From a virus (lineage: Duplodnaviria; Caudoviricetes): 64,000 nt of DNA. Each line of letters opens with the position of its first letter. The stretch's first letter is position 1. Below the pieces are notes generated by a model. It saw only the letters and a list, made by a program, of their open reading frames with translations. It did not search any database and was not told where the DNA came from. Positions 9,106-18,649 of this stretch are shown piece after piece. Position numbers and translations under genes: made by a program. The stretch is taken from the IMG/VR virus record IMGVR_UViG_3300031993_000016. One strand, 5' to 3'.

Positions 9106-12099
9106 TTATCTAGCATACAAATATATGTACGAACTACTTGTTACATTTGTTGTTTGGTTATATACCGAGTTTAATGACACTTGCGAGCTACTTACGTTAA
9201 CCGCAATGTAACCATCTGAGAATGATGTATAACCATTTGTGTATCTGTAAGATGTGGATGACAGCGCAACGGCCGGCAGAGTAAATGTCCAAGCAATTGT
9301 ATTATTTCCTATTGTAACAACTACGCAAATTTCGCTTATGCCGGAAGGTACTGCAATAGCAGTTGTTCCGCCTTTATGATCTACTTCATACCAGCTTGCC
9401 GCTTTTGCCGCGCCAATTGCCGATCTGAAATTGTCCGGCGAACTAACTTCGTAAGTAGAAGTGCCGTCCTTGTTAGCTATTATCTTGAGTAAGTTGCTGA
9501 CATTATCACCGTTTGTCTTCTTATTATATGCGCCGATTTGCGTTGTAACAGCTCCAGTATATTCGCCGAAGTTTGTTATTGCACCAGTAGCCGTATCATC
9601 ACTACCTTTGAAATACACTGTACCTGAGTACTTTGTAGTATCTAAGTTGTTAGTTGCATCTGTTGAAATAGTCCATGTATCTGTTTTTGCATTAAGTATT
9701 GCAGCAGTAGCACCACTTTCGTTTGTAAGTGTTGCACCAACTGATGTAATATAATTAGATTTAACAGAACTACCTAGATGTAATGTGTCAGTGCTTGGCG
9801 CATAATACATTCTAGGCTCAACATATGGTTCAATATAATTACAAGGATTTACGCCAACAACATCCGAATTGTCATTTAAATAGAAGAATGTAATTGGATA
9901 TTTGCTTCCCGCAAGCGCAGTATAGGGAGTTGATGCTATGTGGACATATGTGTTTACAGGCGCATCATTCATCATCCATGCTGTTCCGTCATAAGTAAAA
10001 CTTACAACCGAATTATCTTGCCAAGATCTTGCATTATTTGTACCCGGTTTAGTTGTTCCATTACGATATATAGGTTTTTCAGTACTACTTGCACTATCAG
10101 ATTGTAATGTAAGTGTTATTGTACCGCTATTAGTGTTACTATATGTAAACTTAATATAAACAACCATACCAGTTTCCAATGTAGTAAATTTTGGTACTAC
10201 CGCTACTTTCGCAGCAGTAGCTGCACTAGTACTACATGTTCCATATAACGCCATGCCAGTAGCTTCGCTATTAAATGCCTCCCACGTACCTTTCTGTGTA
10301 AGACAATTAGTATCCGTGGTTCCGTCAAATGATATTGATGTGCGGGCGATCTTGTTACTGTCAGAGCTATCAGTCACCACCAGCTTGTCGCCGCTTGCTA
10401 TAGTTATATCGTTTGTCTGCAATGTGCCGCCGTTCTGTATATTACCATGTGTATGCGATGTAGGCGTACGAGAATCTGATAATCTTGTATCATTGCCTAT
10501 AACCACTTGAGAAGTAGATGCATTTCCGGTTGACGGCACATCTTTTGCTGCCGCTGTACCGAGTGTTGGAAAATCGCTTACTTGCGACTTTGTTATACTG
10601 ATATCCCCGAATGTTGCACTTACTTTACCGTCTGTCTGCGAGAATGCTGTAAGTGTTTTTCCCGCGCCAGCTGAACCTGAGACTGTACCGTCAAGTGTGC
10701 CGAGGGCAGCAGCTACTGCTTTGCCGCTAGTAGCGTCTGATCCTGTTGATGAATATGTGTCGGTAACAGTAGTAGTAGGTATATCATACACATTGCCGTT
10801 TATAAACACAGTTTCAAGTGTGTCTACCGGAGATACGTCTTCAGGATTTGCAATAACTTGACTACCGGCGTATGTTGTATCATTGAACTTTAGCTCAGGT
10901 TGTGTAGATGTACCGCCGTAGGTGAAATATACGAGTTCTTTTACGTCCCCCGAATCAGCCCAAATATTGTTGTTGCCGAGAAGCGTCTTGACCTCGGTTG
11001 GGGTGAGTTGTACGGTTGTTGGAGTTGCGGATTTTATAACAAATTCAGAACCGTCATAAGCAGTCTGAAATTGTTCTGCGTCCTCATACGCTAAATCTCT
11101 GAATATCAACTTACCATCATAAGTTCCTGTTGTGCCAACACCACAAAGAAAATCCGAAGTTGGATTATTCAATATGGTATTAACTGATTCTGTTTTGAAT
11201 TTAGTAGCTAACATATTCGGTACGGCTGTTCCCGCGGTCGGTTCGAATGGTACAGATGGTGATGCAGTAAATATCTTTCTTGCTGAAACATAAGTAAAAG
11301 TAAAATCACCCATATCATACTTTACCCTATCAACCGTCAGCACCCCAGTCGTGACGTTCAACTCACCGCCGTAGCGTGTTCCGTCAAGGTCGATGGTGTA
11401 TGTTTGTCCGTTGTATGATTGATAGGTTGTGGTTTCTGAACCCACTTCAACTTGTATATTAAATCTTGCAAGGATTGAATCAAGTGTATTTTTAGGATAA
11501 ACAGTAATATATCTTTTGCCAGTGATTACAAGTGACCTACTTTGTATTGCGCCATTTGTCACTATCCACGAATAGCCTTGTGTACTATCTCCCTCTGAGA
11601 CAAACGCTCCAAGATAAGCACCACTAATATCTACGCTTGTATCCTTGTCCGTAATGGAAATATTTATCACAGAATCACTTTTGACAGAAATTAGCTGTTG
11701 CAAATAATTATAAGATTCTATGTTAAATGCTCCACTTGTCTCATTTAGCAAATTCTTTCCACAATCCGTAACATTCACGCTACTCCATCCGCTGATTGGA
11801 CGCACGTTGCTTGGCGATGGGTCTCCACTACCGCTCTGTACTGGCTCTATCCCTACTACCAACGACTTAAGTGGTACGTTGTCTGCTCCATCGCTGAAAC
11901 TTGCGACTGCTCCGGGATCAGCAGTTCTCTCAACTAATTCCGCATTACTTGGTGCATCAGGTATAAAGTACGCAGTATCTGAATGTTTTTGTTCATAACT
12001 TAATTCTTGGTAATCATCCCAACTAATAGTTGCGACATTCTTACCATATATATCATAAGTACTGTTATTAGGCAGTTCTATTTCATTTAATCTTGCCAT
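9106..12099 (-). CDS. Tail fibre / receptor-binding protein (mosaic)
   Basis: Ser/Thr/Gly-rich; modules IEPVQSGSGDPSP..VRPISG, LGTAAAKDV, HTHGNI, YGTCSTSAATAAKV typical of gut phage fibres. Confidence 0.75.
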   Translation of the reverse strand: MARLNEIELPNNSTYDIYGKNVATISWDDYQELSYEQKHSDTAYFIPDAPSNAELVERTADPGAVASFSDGADNVPLKSLVVGIEPVQSGSGDPSPSNVRPISGWSSVNVTDCGKNLLNETSGAFNIESYNYLQQLISVKSDSVINISITDKDTSVDISGAYLGAFVSEGDSTQGYSWIVTNGAIQSRSLVITGKRYITVYPKNTLDSILARFNIQVEVGSETTTYQSYNGQTYTIDLDGTRYGGELNVTTGVLTVDRVKYDMGDFTFTYVSARKIFTASPSVPFEPTAGTAVPNMLATKFKTESVNTILNNPTSDFLCGVGTTGTYDGKLIFRDLAYEDAEQFQTAYDGSEFVIKSATPTTVQLTPTEVKTLLGNNNIWADSGDVKELVYFTYGGTSTQPELKFNDTTYAGSQVIANPEDVSPVDTLETVFINGNVYDIPTTTVTDTYSSTGSDATSGKAVAAALGTLDGTVSGSAGAGKTLTAFSQTDGKVSATFGDISITKSQVSDFPTLGTAAAKDVPSTGNASTSQVVIGNDTRLSDSRTPTSHTHGNIQNGGTLQTNDITIASGDKLVVTDSSDSNKIARTSISFDGTTDTNCLTQKGTWEAFNSEATGMALYGTCSTSAATAAKVAVVPKFTTLETGMVVYIKFTYSNTNSGTITLTLQSDSASSTEKPIYRNGTTKPGTNNARSWQDNSVVSFTYDGTAWMMNDAPVNTYVHIASTPYTALAGSKYPITFFYLNDNSDVVGVNPCNYIEPYVEPRMYYAPSTDTLHLGSSVKSNYITSVGATLTNESGATAAILNAKTDTWTISTDATNNLDTTKYSGTVYFKGSDDTATGAITNFGEYTGAVTTQIGAYNKKTNGDNVSNLLKIIANKDGTSTYEVSSPDNFRSAIGAAKAASWYEVDHKGGTTAIAVPSGISEICVVVTIGNNTIAWTFTLPAVALSSTSYRYTNGYTSFSDGYIAVNVSSSQVSLNSVYNQTTNVTSSSYIYLYAR

Positions 12100-12177
12100 A
12101 ATTCTATGTTTCTCCTTCCATATAATTAGAGAGCCAACGTATGTTTCTTATACATCAGCTCTCTATAATGTATAAAA

Positions 12178-13536
12178 TTAAGAAACAGTAATAGAAACAG
12201 TCTTGCTTTCTGTACCGGCAGTAGTTGTGCTTATGCTGTCGGCTTCCGGTGTATAGCTTCCCGTAGAAGTTGTTGCTGTGCCAGTAAAGCTTGAGCTTAC
12301 GCTACCAGCTGGCGTGTATTTATTAGCAGCAGTACCGGTTGCAGACGGCGCGATTTCTACGTTTGATTTTGTAACGCTTACCGAACCAGCTGTTGTACCG
12401 GTTACAGATACGCTTCCCTGTGTACCAGTAAACTTGAGTTCTGCGCCAGTTCCACTAAACGTCTGACCAACAGCTGTACCGCTAATTGTTCCAGTAGATG
12501 CACTACCCGTAAACTTAAGCTCTGCACCAGTTCCGCTGAAGCTGTATGCCGCATCACCAGTCTTGACAGTAGTATTAGACGTTGTGATTGAATCGCCAGT
12601 TGTCTCTACAAATTTCTTGAGTGATAACTTTGTGCCGCTAACTGAGCAATAAACAAGCTCACCAGTTGCTTGAGTAGCACTTGGATCAGCGACGGACATA
12701 TCTGTTACTACAGTTTTTGATGTAGGATTCTTAATTGTTGTAGTACCGCCCGCAGATGAAACTGATATACTACCAGCCGGCGTATAATTAGCTGTACCAG
12801 TGCCTACCGAAATAGAACCAGTAGGTGTGACACTGCAGCTGCCGGATACACTTGAGTCTGCGTTAGATCCCGCCGGTGTATAGTTGGCAGTTCCTGTTCC
12901 AACCGAAATACTTCCGCTAGGCGTAAAGTTTCCGGTAGAAGTCATTGACGCTGGGGTGAATGAAGCACCAGTAGCAACTTCGTCAGCAGTCTTAAAATAC
13001 GTATCGCTTCCGCTGAAGCTTGAAGATACGCTACCATCAGGTGTGCCGCTTACAGATATGGTTGCAGCCTTACCAGTAAAGGTTGTAGTATATGAATTTG
13101 GTACAGCTACAGTTGTACTGCCGCTTGCTGTATCTTTGTATGCAAGGTCGCCGGCAGTTCCGCCACTGTGGCCTGTTTTGTTTTTCACGTAATCGCTCAT
13201 ATCAGGAAGACTGATTTGACCCATAACTTCCCATATGTATCTAGGTGTGCCAGAACCTTTATCTACTGTAATGTATTCATCATATGCATCATTTGTTTGA
13301 GATGTTGCAGCAGGTACAAGGTATATTTTATACATCGTATCTGCAGATGCTGCAAGTGTACCTGTAGTACTACCAATAACTACACCTGCAGGAATATCAG
13401 ATGCAGGTGAGCTAGCACTAAGTACAACGTATTCCCAATTATTTATCGCTGCTATTAAGTCACGCGCCCCAGAATCGACAAGATCATAAGTGGAACCGCT
13501 CGGCAGCTCTATTTGTGTTAATTGCGGATTAGGCAT
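12178..13536 (-). CDS. Fibre/needle-like structural protein with internal repeats
   Basis: SISVGTGTANYTPAG x2, FSGTGAELKFTG x2, GSVSSSF.G x2; N-terminus similar to 9106-12099 (IELP...TYD). Confidence 0.7.
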   Translation of the reverse strand: MPNPQLTQIELPSGSTYDLVDSGARDLIAAINNWEYVVLSASSPASDIPAGVVIGSTTGTLAASADTMYKIYLVPAATSQTNDAYDEYITVDKGSGTPRYIWEVMGQISLPDMSDYVKNKTGHSGGTAGDLAYKDTASGSTTVAVPNSYTTTFTGKAATISVSGTPDGSVSSSFSGSDTYFKTADEVATGASFTPASMTSTGNFTPSGSISVGTGTANYTPAGSNADSSVSGSCSVTPTGSISVGTGTANYTPAGSISVSSAGGTTTIKNPTSKTVVTDMSVADPSATQATGELVYCSVSGTKLSLKKFVETTGDSITTSNTTVKTGDAAYSFSGTGAELKFTGSASTGTISGTAVGQTFSGTGAELKFTGTQGSVSVTGTTAGSVSVTKSNVEIAPSATGTAANKYTPAGSVSSSFTGTATTSTGSYTPEADSISTTTAGTESKTVSITVS

Positions 13537-14095
13537 TGTTATATTCCTCCTCGCTTTGCTTTGTAAATACTAATTTATCGCCTTTATCAGGATCTATAAA
13601 ACATGTTACTTTGTTGTCCCAAAAGTTTCTGTCTCCTTGAGTAACATGGATTACACTATCTGCAATATGCTGTATATATACAGCATCTATGAATGGTAAA
13701 TCTATCAGATACGCATTACCGTCACCAATTTTGATACCAGGTATATTAACATTATCAAGAGTTTGGTGATCGGTGTAAACATATAAATAGCCTGATTGAG
13801 ATTGTAATGATGCTTGAGCTCCCCAACCTGCAGTCGTATTGAATAATATGTGCGGTACATTTAAACTTGATAATAATGTGTTGCCTTGAAGTACATTACC
13901 ATCAAGTTGTGGCTTATTGTCTAAATTGTTGTAGTTGTATGTACCTGCAGATGTAACAGATGCTACTAAGTTACTGCCTACATATATCTGTTGTGCACCA
14001 TTTAATATGTATATAGTTGCCGGATCTGGATTTGCAGGTAATGTACTACCCGATACGTATACAAATTGTACGCGGTCACCTGTAACAAGTGGCAT
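13529..14095 (-). CDS. Fibre-associated structural protein
   Basis: YNNLDNKPQ, KIGDG...DLPF and IHVTQGDRNFWDNK motifs seen in phage tail proteins. Confidence 0.65.
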   Translation of the reverse strand: MPLVTGDRVQFVYVSGSTLPANPDPATIYILNGAQQIYVGSNLVASVTSAGTYNYNNLDNKPQLDGNVLQGNTLLSSLNVPHILFNTTAGWGAQASLQSQSGYLYVYTDHQTLDNVNIPGIKIGDGNAYLIDLPFIDAVYIQHIADSVIHVTQGDRNFWDNKVTCFIDPDKGDKLVFTKQSEEEYNNA

Positions 14096-14130
14096 AATAG
14101 CTCATACCTCCTAAAAATCACTGCTAGTTC

Positions 14131-14595
14131 TTATAAGAAATCATTATCTTTAAGAGCTTTAGCATAAACGGCGTTTATATTATCTATAGCATGTTTTGCT
14201 TTATTATTGACAAATTCTGGATGATCTCTACAATATGTTTCATAAAATGTAATATCATCGTTTAACTGATCAAACCATTCTTTTGAATGACGCATCTTAT
14301 GAAGTATTTCATCAGAAGCACGAAGTATTCTAACACGAGCAGTAGTAGCTTTATTAGCTTCAAGTGACGCTCTAGTTTCTTCATCATTTATATTCATTTC
14401 AGTTCTTACAGCTTCAATCTTATCGTTCAATGCCGTGAATCCGTCGCTCATCTCAACTTTTACGGTGTCGATTTTTGATATAACTTTATCTAGCTTATCA
14501 TTCTTATTATCTTTACGAGTGATGAGGAACTGAAAAAATGTAAATATTGCAGAACTTCCTAGAACTGCAAGTAATATAGTTACTAACGTATTCAT
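14131..14595 (-). CDS. Membrane-anchored coiled-coil protein, holin-like
   Basis: N-terminal hydrophobic helix followed by coiled coil; Y..YC..HP.F.N motif; upstream of the lysin. Confidence 0.6.
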   Translation of the reverse strand: MNTLVTILLAVLGSSAIFTFFQFLITRKDNKNDKLDKVISKIDTVKVEMSDGFTALNDKIEAVRTEMNINDEETRASLEANKATTARVRILRASDEILHKMRHSKEWFDQLNDDITFYETYCRDHPEFVNNKAKHAIDNINAVYAKALKDNDFL

Positions 14596-14623
14596 CGTTG
14601 AATCTGCCCCTTCAATAATCTAA

Positions 14624-15535
14624 TTAAAATTTCATATGCGAATCTGTACGAATATATCCGAAGTAGAATCTGCCTACGCCCGGCATTTTAAATCGTATTC
14701 TATAAAAATCATTTATTTCATCTAAAATAGTAATAGGCCCTATAATAGTTGCTATGCATGATTTAGTAGATGGTGAGCCATATACAGGTGTAGACGTAGT
14801 TAATACTGCCGATCTAGGATAATCAGATGTAGCAGTGGTTGCAGTAACCCCGAGTTCATCGGATTCAACAGCTACATCTTTATTAGATTCTTCAGCTTCA
14901 GCTGCGACATCTTCAGTTTCATCGAGTTCAGTAGTTACATCTTCGACAATAATATCTTCGACAGTCGAATCATCAATGATCTCTGCGCTAATAACTTCAG
15001 CACCATTTGTAGCATTCACCTTTATACCTGCAACATCTACATTCACTTTAGTACGATTACCATCAGCAACAATATCATACTCAGAAGATGATGCAAATTT
15101 ACCACTCTCAATATTTGCAGATCCACCCTTTTCTATGTATATAGCAGCGGATGCAATAGACCCAGATTTGAATGTTATATTAGAGTTGTCTTTTGCAAGT
15201 GTGAAACCTGTTACGCATACTCCCCAATCTTTTGCAGTAATTGTAGCTCCGTCAACTATCAGCTTGCCACGTTTTTCTACATATATAGCAGAAGAATCAC
15301 TGATTACATCTAAGTTATTGCCAAATGTGACTTTTGCATCTGTACCAGATACAATGATACCATAATCACCTTCACATACAATCGTACCATTTATGACAGT
15401 TGTTTCACAGTCTTGAAACTTAATATGATCACCACTAGGTACTGTAATAGTTTCACCTGCTAAATCAATTACATCTGCACCTTCAGCTATTTTAAATAAA
15501 ACATCGTCTAAAGTCATACCGGTTGTATCACTCAT
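14624..15535 (-). CDS. Beta-helix-like protein with acidic linker and SH3b-like C-terminus
   Basis: Repeating I/V-x-G beta-strand pattern; C-terminal FYRIRF...GYIR. Confidence 0.55.
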   Translation of the reverse strand: MSDTTGMTLDDVLFKIAEGADVIDLAGETITVPSGDHIKFQDCETTVINGTIVCEGDYGIIVSGTDAKVTFGNNLDVISDSSAIYVEKRGKLIVDGATITAKDWGVCVTGFTLAKDNSNITFKSGSIASAAIYIEKGGSANIESGKFASSSEYDIVADGNRTKVNVDVAGIKVNATNGAEVISAEIIDDSTVEDIIVEDVTTELDETEDVAAEAEESNKDVAVESDELGVTATTATSDYPRSAVLTTSTPVYGSPSTKSCIATIIGPITILDEINDFYRIRFKMPGVGRFYFGYIRTDSHMKF

Positions 15536-15546
15536 TTGCTTACCTC

Positions 15547-15984
15547 CTAAAAATCAATTGAATTATCAATATGCATTTTTTGTATTTCGTCCCATATGAT
15601 ATTAGATAGTATGCGAACTCTTGCTTGCCTGCAAATATCTAATATGTTGTTGTAACAATATATAAGGTGACCTTCATGTTTTGATGTGTCAATAGTTATC
15701 TTTACAGCAGCTCGAATTTCTATATCGTCAATATAGTATAGACGATCATTTACATATGTTTTAGCCCTATGTTTAATACGTTTTAAATTATCACGATATG
15801 TAGCAATCTGTGCAGGTTCTTCTCCTGTTATGACCCATGCAACGGCTTGAGATTCTGATATACAATTATGCACAGATTTTGCACGTCTTCGAGCTAACTG
15901 CGAAACATATCTTATAGCAGCAAATGTGCTACCTAATGCTGTTACGTATTTATTGAATTCTGAATTGTTTGTCCAATAATTCAT
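15547..15984 (-). CDS. Hypothetical protein (N-terminus weakly RpoZ-like)
   Basis: AAGGTGG RBS; GSTFAAIRYVSQLARR. Confidence 0.65.
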   Translation of the reverse strand: MNYWTNNSEFNKYVTALGSTFAAIRYVSQLARRRAKSVHNCISESQAVAWVITGEEPAQIATYRDNLKRIKHRAKTYVNDRLYYIDDIEIRAAVKITIDTSKHEGHLIYCYNNILDICRQARVRILSNIIWDEIQKMHIDNSIDF

Positions 15985-15992
15985 TTACCACC

Positions 15993-16481
15993 TTAATACT
16001 GTGCACCACCATCAGCAATATCAGCAACTTCTGCATCATCATCCCCAGAACAACGTTTAAGCAGCTTTGTTGCCATAGCTCTAATCATTTCGCCACCACG
16101 CTTTTCTACATCTTCATCAGATTCATCTTCGCCTTGTTGTTTATATGTCGCAGTATCACTAGCTGTATTAGACCCATCAGGTGATTTCATATCAAATCTA
16201 ACCGAAACATAATCTTCGTCTTCACCTAATCTTTTAACTAACATCTTATATATAGGGCTTTCATCCCAATCCTCAATATCACCTGCAGGCATAATATTCA
16301 AAACAACATGTTTAGGAAGTGACGCAGCTGCTTGACCATTACCAGATTCATCTGCAGCAGCTTCTGCCCATTGGCTGATTATATCTAAGCTATGCTCTGC
16401 ATGGTTGAAAATAGATCTTAATAGTCGAGACACTACATCAAGAGCACCTGCTTCAATTGGATACTTAACTAATCGTTTCAT
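15993..16481 (-). CDS. Hypothetical acidic protein starting MKRLVKYPIEAG
   Basis: Start at 16481 has a GAGGTG RBS; the longer ORF-track start lies within a terminator. Confidence 0.7.
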   Translation of the reverse strand: MKRLVKYPIEAGALDVVSRLLRSIFNHAEHSLDIISQWAEAAADESGNGQAAASLPKHVVLNIMPAGDIEDWDESPIYKMLVKRLGEDEDYVSVRFDMKSPDGSNTASDTATYKQQGEDESDEDVEKRGGEMIRAMATKLLKRCSGDDDAEVADIADGGAQY

Positions 16482-16496
16482 ATGACACCTCACATA

Positions 16497-16550
16497 AAAT
16501 AAAAGACCTCTTCGCAGTGAGCTAATACACTCATCAACGAAAAGGTCTAG
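16497..16550 (-). terminator. Intrinsic terminator
   Basis: AGACCT..TCG / CGA..AGGTCT stem with a TTTTATTTT tail on the minus strand. Confidence 0.55.
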
Positions 16551-16585
16551 CATCGTCTGCTAAATTAATCAGAATGTCTTACAAC

Positions 16586-16945
16586 TTATCTCTTTGTTGT
16601 AGGAACTTTTCTAACTGCCTTCTTTGTAGAAGCAGCAACAGCCTTCTTAGCAACCGGTGTACGTGAAGCCTTAACAGCCTTCTTGCCCAGGAATGCTCTT
16701 CTTGAAGACTCAAGAATTTCCTCATCACCTTCAGCAGTAACTGTGAACTCTTCAGCTTCCTCACCTTCGCCAATTGCGAAAGTAACTTCATCACCTTCAG
16801 CTGTAACCTCCACAGGCTGTCCTGTAACTTCTGCTACAAGCTCTGCAACGTCTTCTGACTCGAAAAGAAGCTCTGTAGCCTCTGGAGCTACCATAACTTC
16901 ATCTTCAGCAACGATTCTACGTTTATTGTTCTTTGAAATAAACAT
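16586..16945 (-). CDS. Small acidic/basic protein, possible prohead core or internal protein
   Basis: Acidic core, Lys/Ala-rich tail with VKAS and VAAS motifs; AAGGAG RBS. Confidence 0.75.
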   Translation of the reverse strand: MFISKNNKRRIVAEDEVMVAPEATELLFESEDVAELVAEVTGQPVEVTAEGDEVTFAIGEGEEAEEFTVTAEGDEEILESSRRAFLGKKAVKASRTPVAKKAVAASTKKAVRKVPTTKR

Positions 16946-16987
16946 ACGCGTATCTCCTTTACTTTTATAAAATAATATATTATTTTG

Positions 16988-17698
16988 CTAGTTTAGAACT
17001 ACCAATTTGTTCTTACGTTCTTCAAGTTCTGCACGGATAGCTTCAAGTTCTGCATTAGCTTCAGCTAAAAGCGTATCACCATCTAAAGATACGTTAGAAC
17101 CCTCTACTTTATATTTAGAACGAGTTCGCCCTAAAGCTTTTTTCATATTAGCTTCACTCATTCGAATAAGATAATTGATCCAAACTTCTTGTTTAATTTC
17201 AGATACATCTTGATAATCAGGAATATATCTGATAGTAACTACAGACGGTCTAGGATCTCTGTGAGCACAATAGATAACTTGATTATTAGAATCATATCTC
17301 CACTGGAAATCAGTTCCTAATGTGTTTCTAACTTGTGCCATTGCCATTTCGGTAACTATTGGATCAATGTTGATTGAACTTGTATTACCAATCTGGCTAT
17401 AAGCATTGACAGCAGCTGCAACTTGAAATACATTACCGCTATCAATTGAGCTCATTGTTAAGCCTATACGAGGAATTGCTGCTTGAACATATAATACATT
17501 TGAGGTAACTATACCAACTGCTTTTAGATCTATACGAGTACTGAATGGCACTGTTTTCTCAACAGGTGTTTTCATATATCGTTTAAGTTCTCTAAAAGCG
17601 ATTAAAACAGCTTGCTCAATCTGCAATCCTTCGGTATTATCATTAGCAGGAAGGCCTAACATGAAACTAATTTGATCAACGATCTCTTCCATTCTCAT
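16988..17698 (-). CDS. Neck/head-completion protein (T4 gp13-like)
   Basis: C-terminal KKALGRTRSKY...VSLDGDTLLAEANAEL resembles the gp13-family C-terminus. Confidence 0.7.
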   Translation of the reverse strand: MRMEEIVDQISFMLGLPANDNTEGLQIEQAVLIAFRELKRYMKTPVEKTVPFSTRIDLKAVGIVTSNVLYVQAAIPRIGLTMSSIDSGNVFQVAAAVNAYSQIGNTSSINIDPIVTEMAMAQVRNTLGTDFQWRYDSNNQVIYCAHRDPRPSVVTIRYIPDYQDVSEIKQEVWINYLIRMSEANMKKALGRTRSKYKVEGSNVSLDGDTLLAEANAELEAIRAELEERKNKLVVLN

Positions 17699-17730
17699 TT
17701 GCAGGCCCTCCTTCTTATGAATTCATACAA

Positions 17731-18109
17731 TTAAGCTTCTGGTGTAAGTACAATATCTTCAAGACTTAATGTCGTTGTAACTGTATCTTTACCTTCAGCT
17801 TCTGCGGTGATTGTTACAGGAGTACTGGTTCCCTTTACAATGAGTACAATGTTACCATCCTCATCAAGTGTAGTCATCTTAGTGATTCCTACTTTTACAG
17901 TGGCAGCTTCATCATTAGCTTCTGCATGAATTGCAAGATAATTACCTTGCTGCTCTGCAGGATTGCTAGAGAATCCTGTATAGTCTGTGACGTATTTAAG
18001 AGTTCCTGTAATCTTGTCATCTGAGATTGCAATGTTCTCTTGGAGATCTGTTGCATCTTTTCCGAAAAGATCTACACCGCTAGGAATGGCGCTGACTGTT
18101 ATAGTTAAG
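17731..18109 (-). CDS. Ig-like extension domain, probably fused to the upstream protein by recoding
   Basis: DLFGKDATDLQENIAI..DKITGTLKYVTDYTGFS...QQGNYLAIH resembles accessory domains on phage structural proteins; no usable start codon/RBS spacing of its own. Confidence 0.65.
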
Positions 18110-18562
18110 TCAGTCACCCTCCGATTCTGCAGGCTTCTCGCCATATTCCTTATCACCAACTTTGGTGTAGAAATAATCGGCCATATTAGCTGCGATCTGA
18201 TTCCAATAGATCTCATCCTCGTAGCCCTCGATATCAAATGTGATACCTTCATTCTCTTCGCCTGCTGCTGCAGCTTCAGCTGCTGCAAGAACTGCTCTTT
18301 CATACTGCGCAAACTTAGTAGTTGTTGAAGCCATTGGAAGAAGTCCAGCAAGCTTGCCCCAACCATCTACGTTTGTAGCATAAATTGACTTTCCATATGT
18401 GCCCTTATCACCAACGGCATCTGCATTCTCATAACCATCTGTGAATACCGGAGTATCAACATATGAATTCTGAGGAGCAAAATAACGAGGGATCTGAGCG
18501 CCTTCTCTAACATCATCTACAATTGTGCCTGTGTAGATAATTGTAACAGAAACACTAGCCAT
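18110..18562 (-). CDS. Probable virion structural/decoration protein
   Basis: Start MASVSVT at 18562 with GGAGGT RBS; class II (late-type) motif upstream; codon usage resembles the capsid gene. Confidence 0.75.
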   Translation of the reverse strand: MASVSVTIIYTGTIVDDVREGAQIPRYFAPQNSYVDTPVFTDGYENADAVGDKGTYGKSIYATNVDGWGKLAGLLPMASTTTKFAQYERAVLAAAEAAAAGEENEGITFDIEGYEDEIYWNQIAANMADYFYTKVGDKEYGEKPAESEGD

Positions 18563-18649
18563 GTTTTTTACCTCCATGTTAATAATAGATATAGATCTCA
18601 CCCTCTATCTATCTTACATCTATATTAAAGGTTAAAGATTTTTAGCACT

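Noticed and set aside
18110-18366. ORF-track start at 18366 for the 211-aa ORF
   Set aside because: The first ~85 codons overlap a better gene in another frame and have no RBS; only the part after 18110 looks like a real domain
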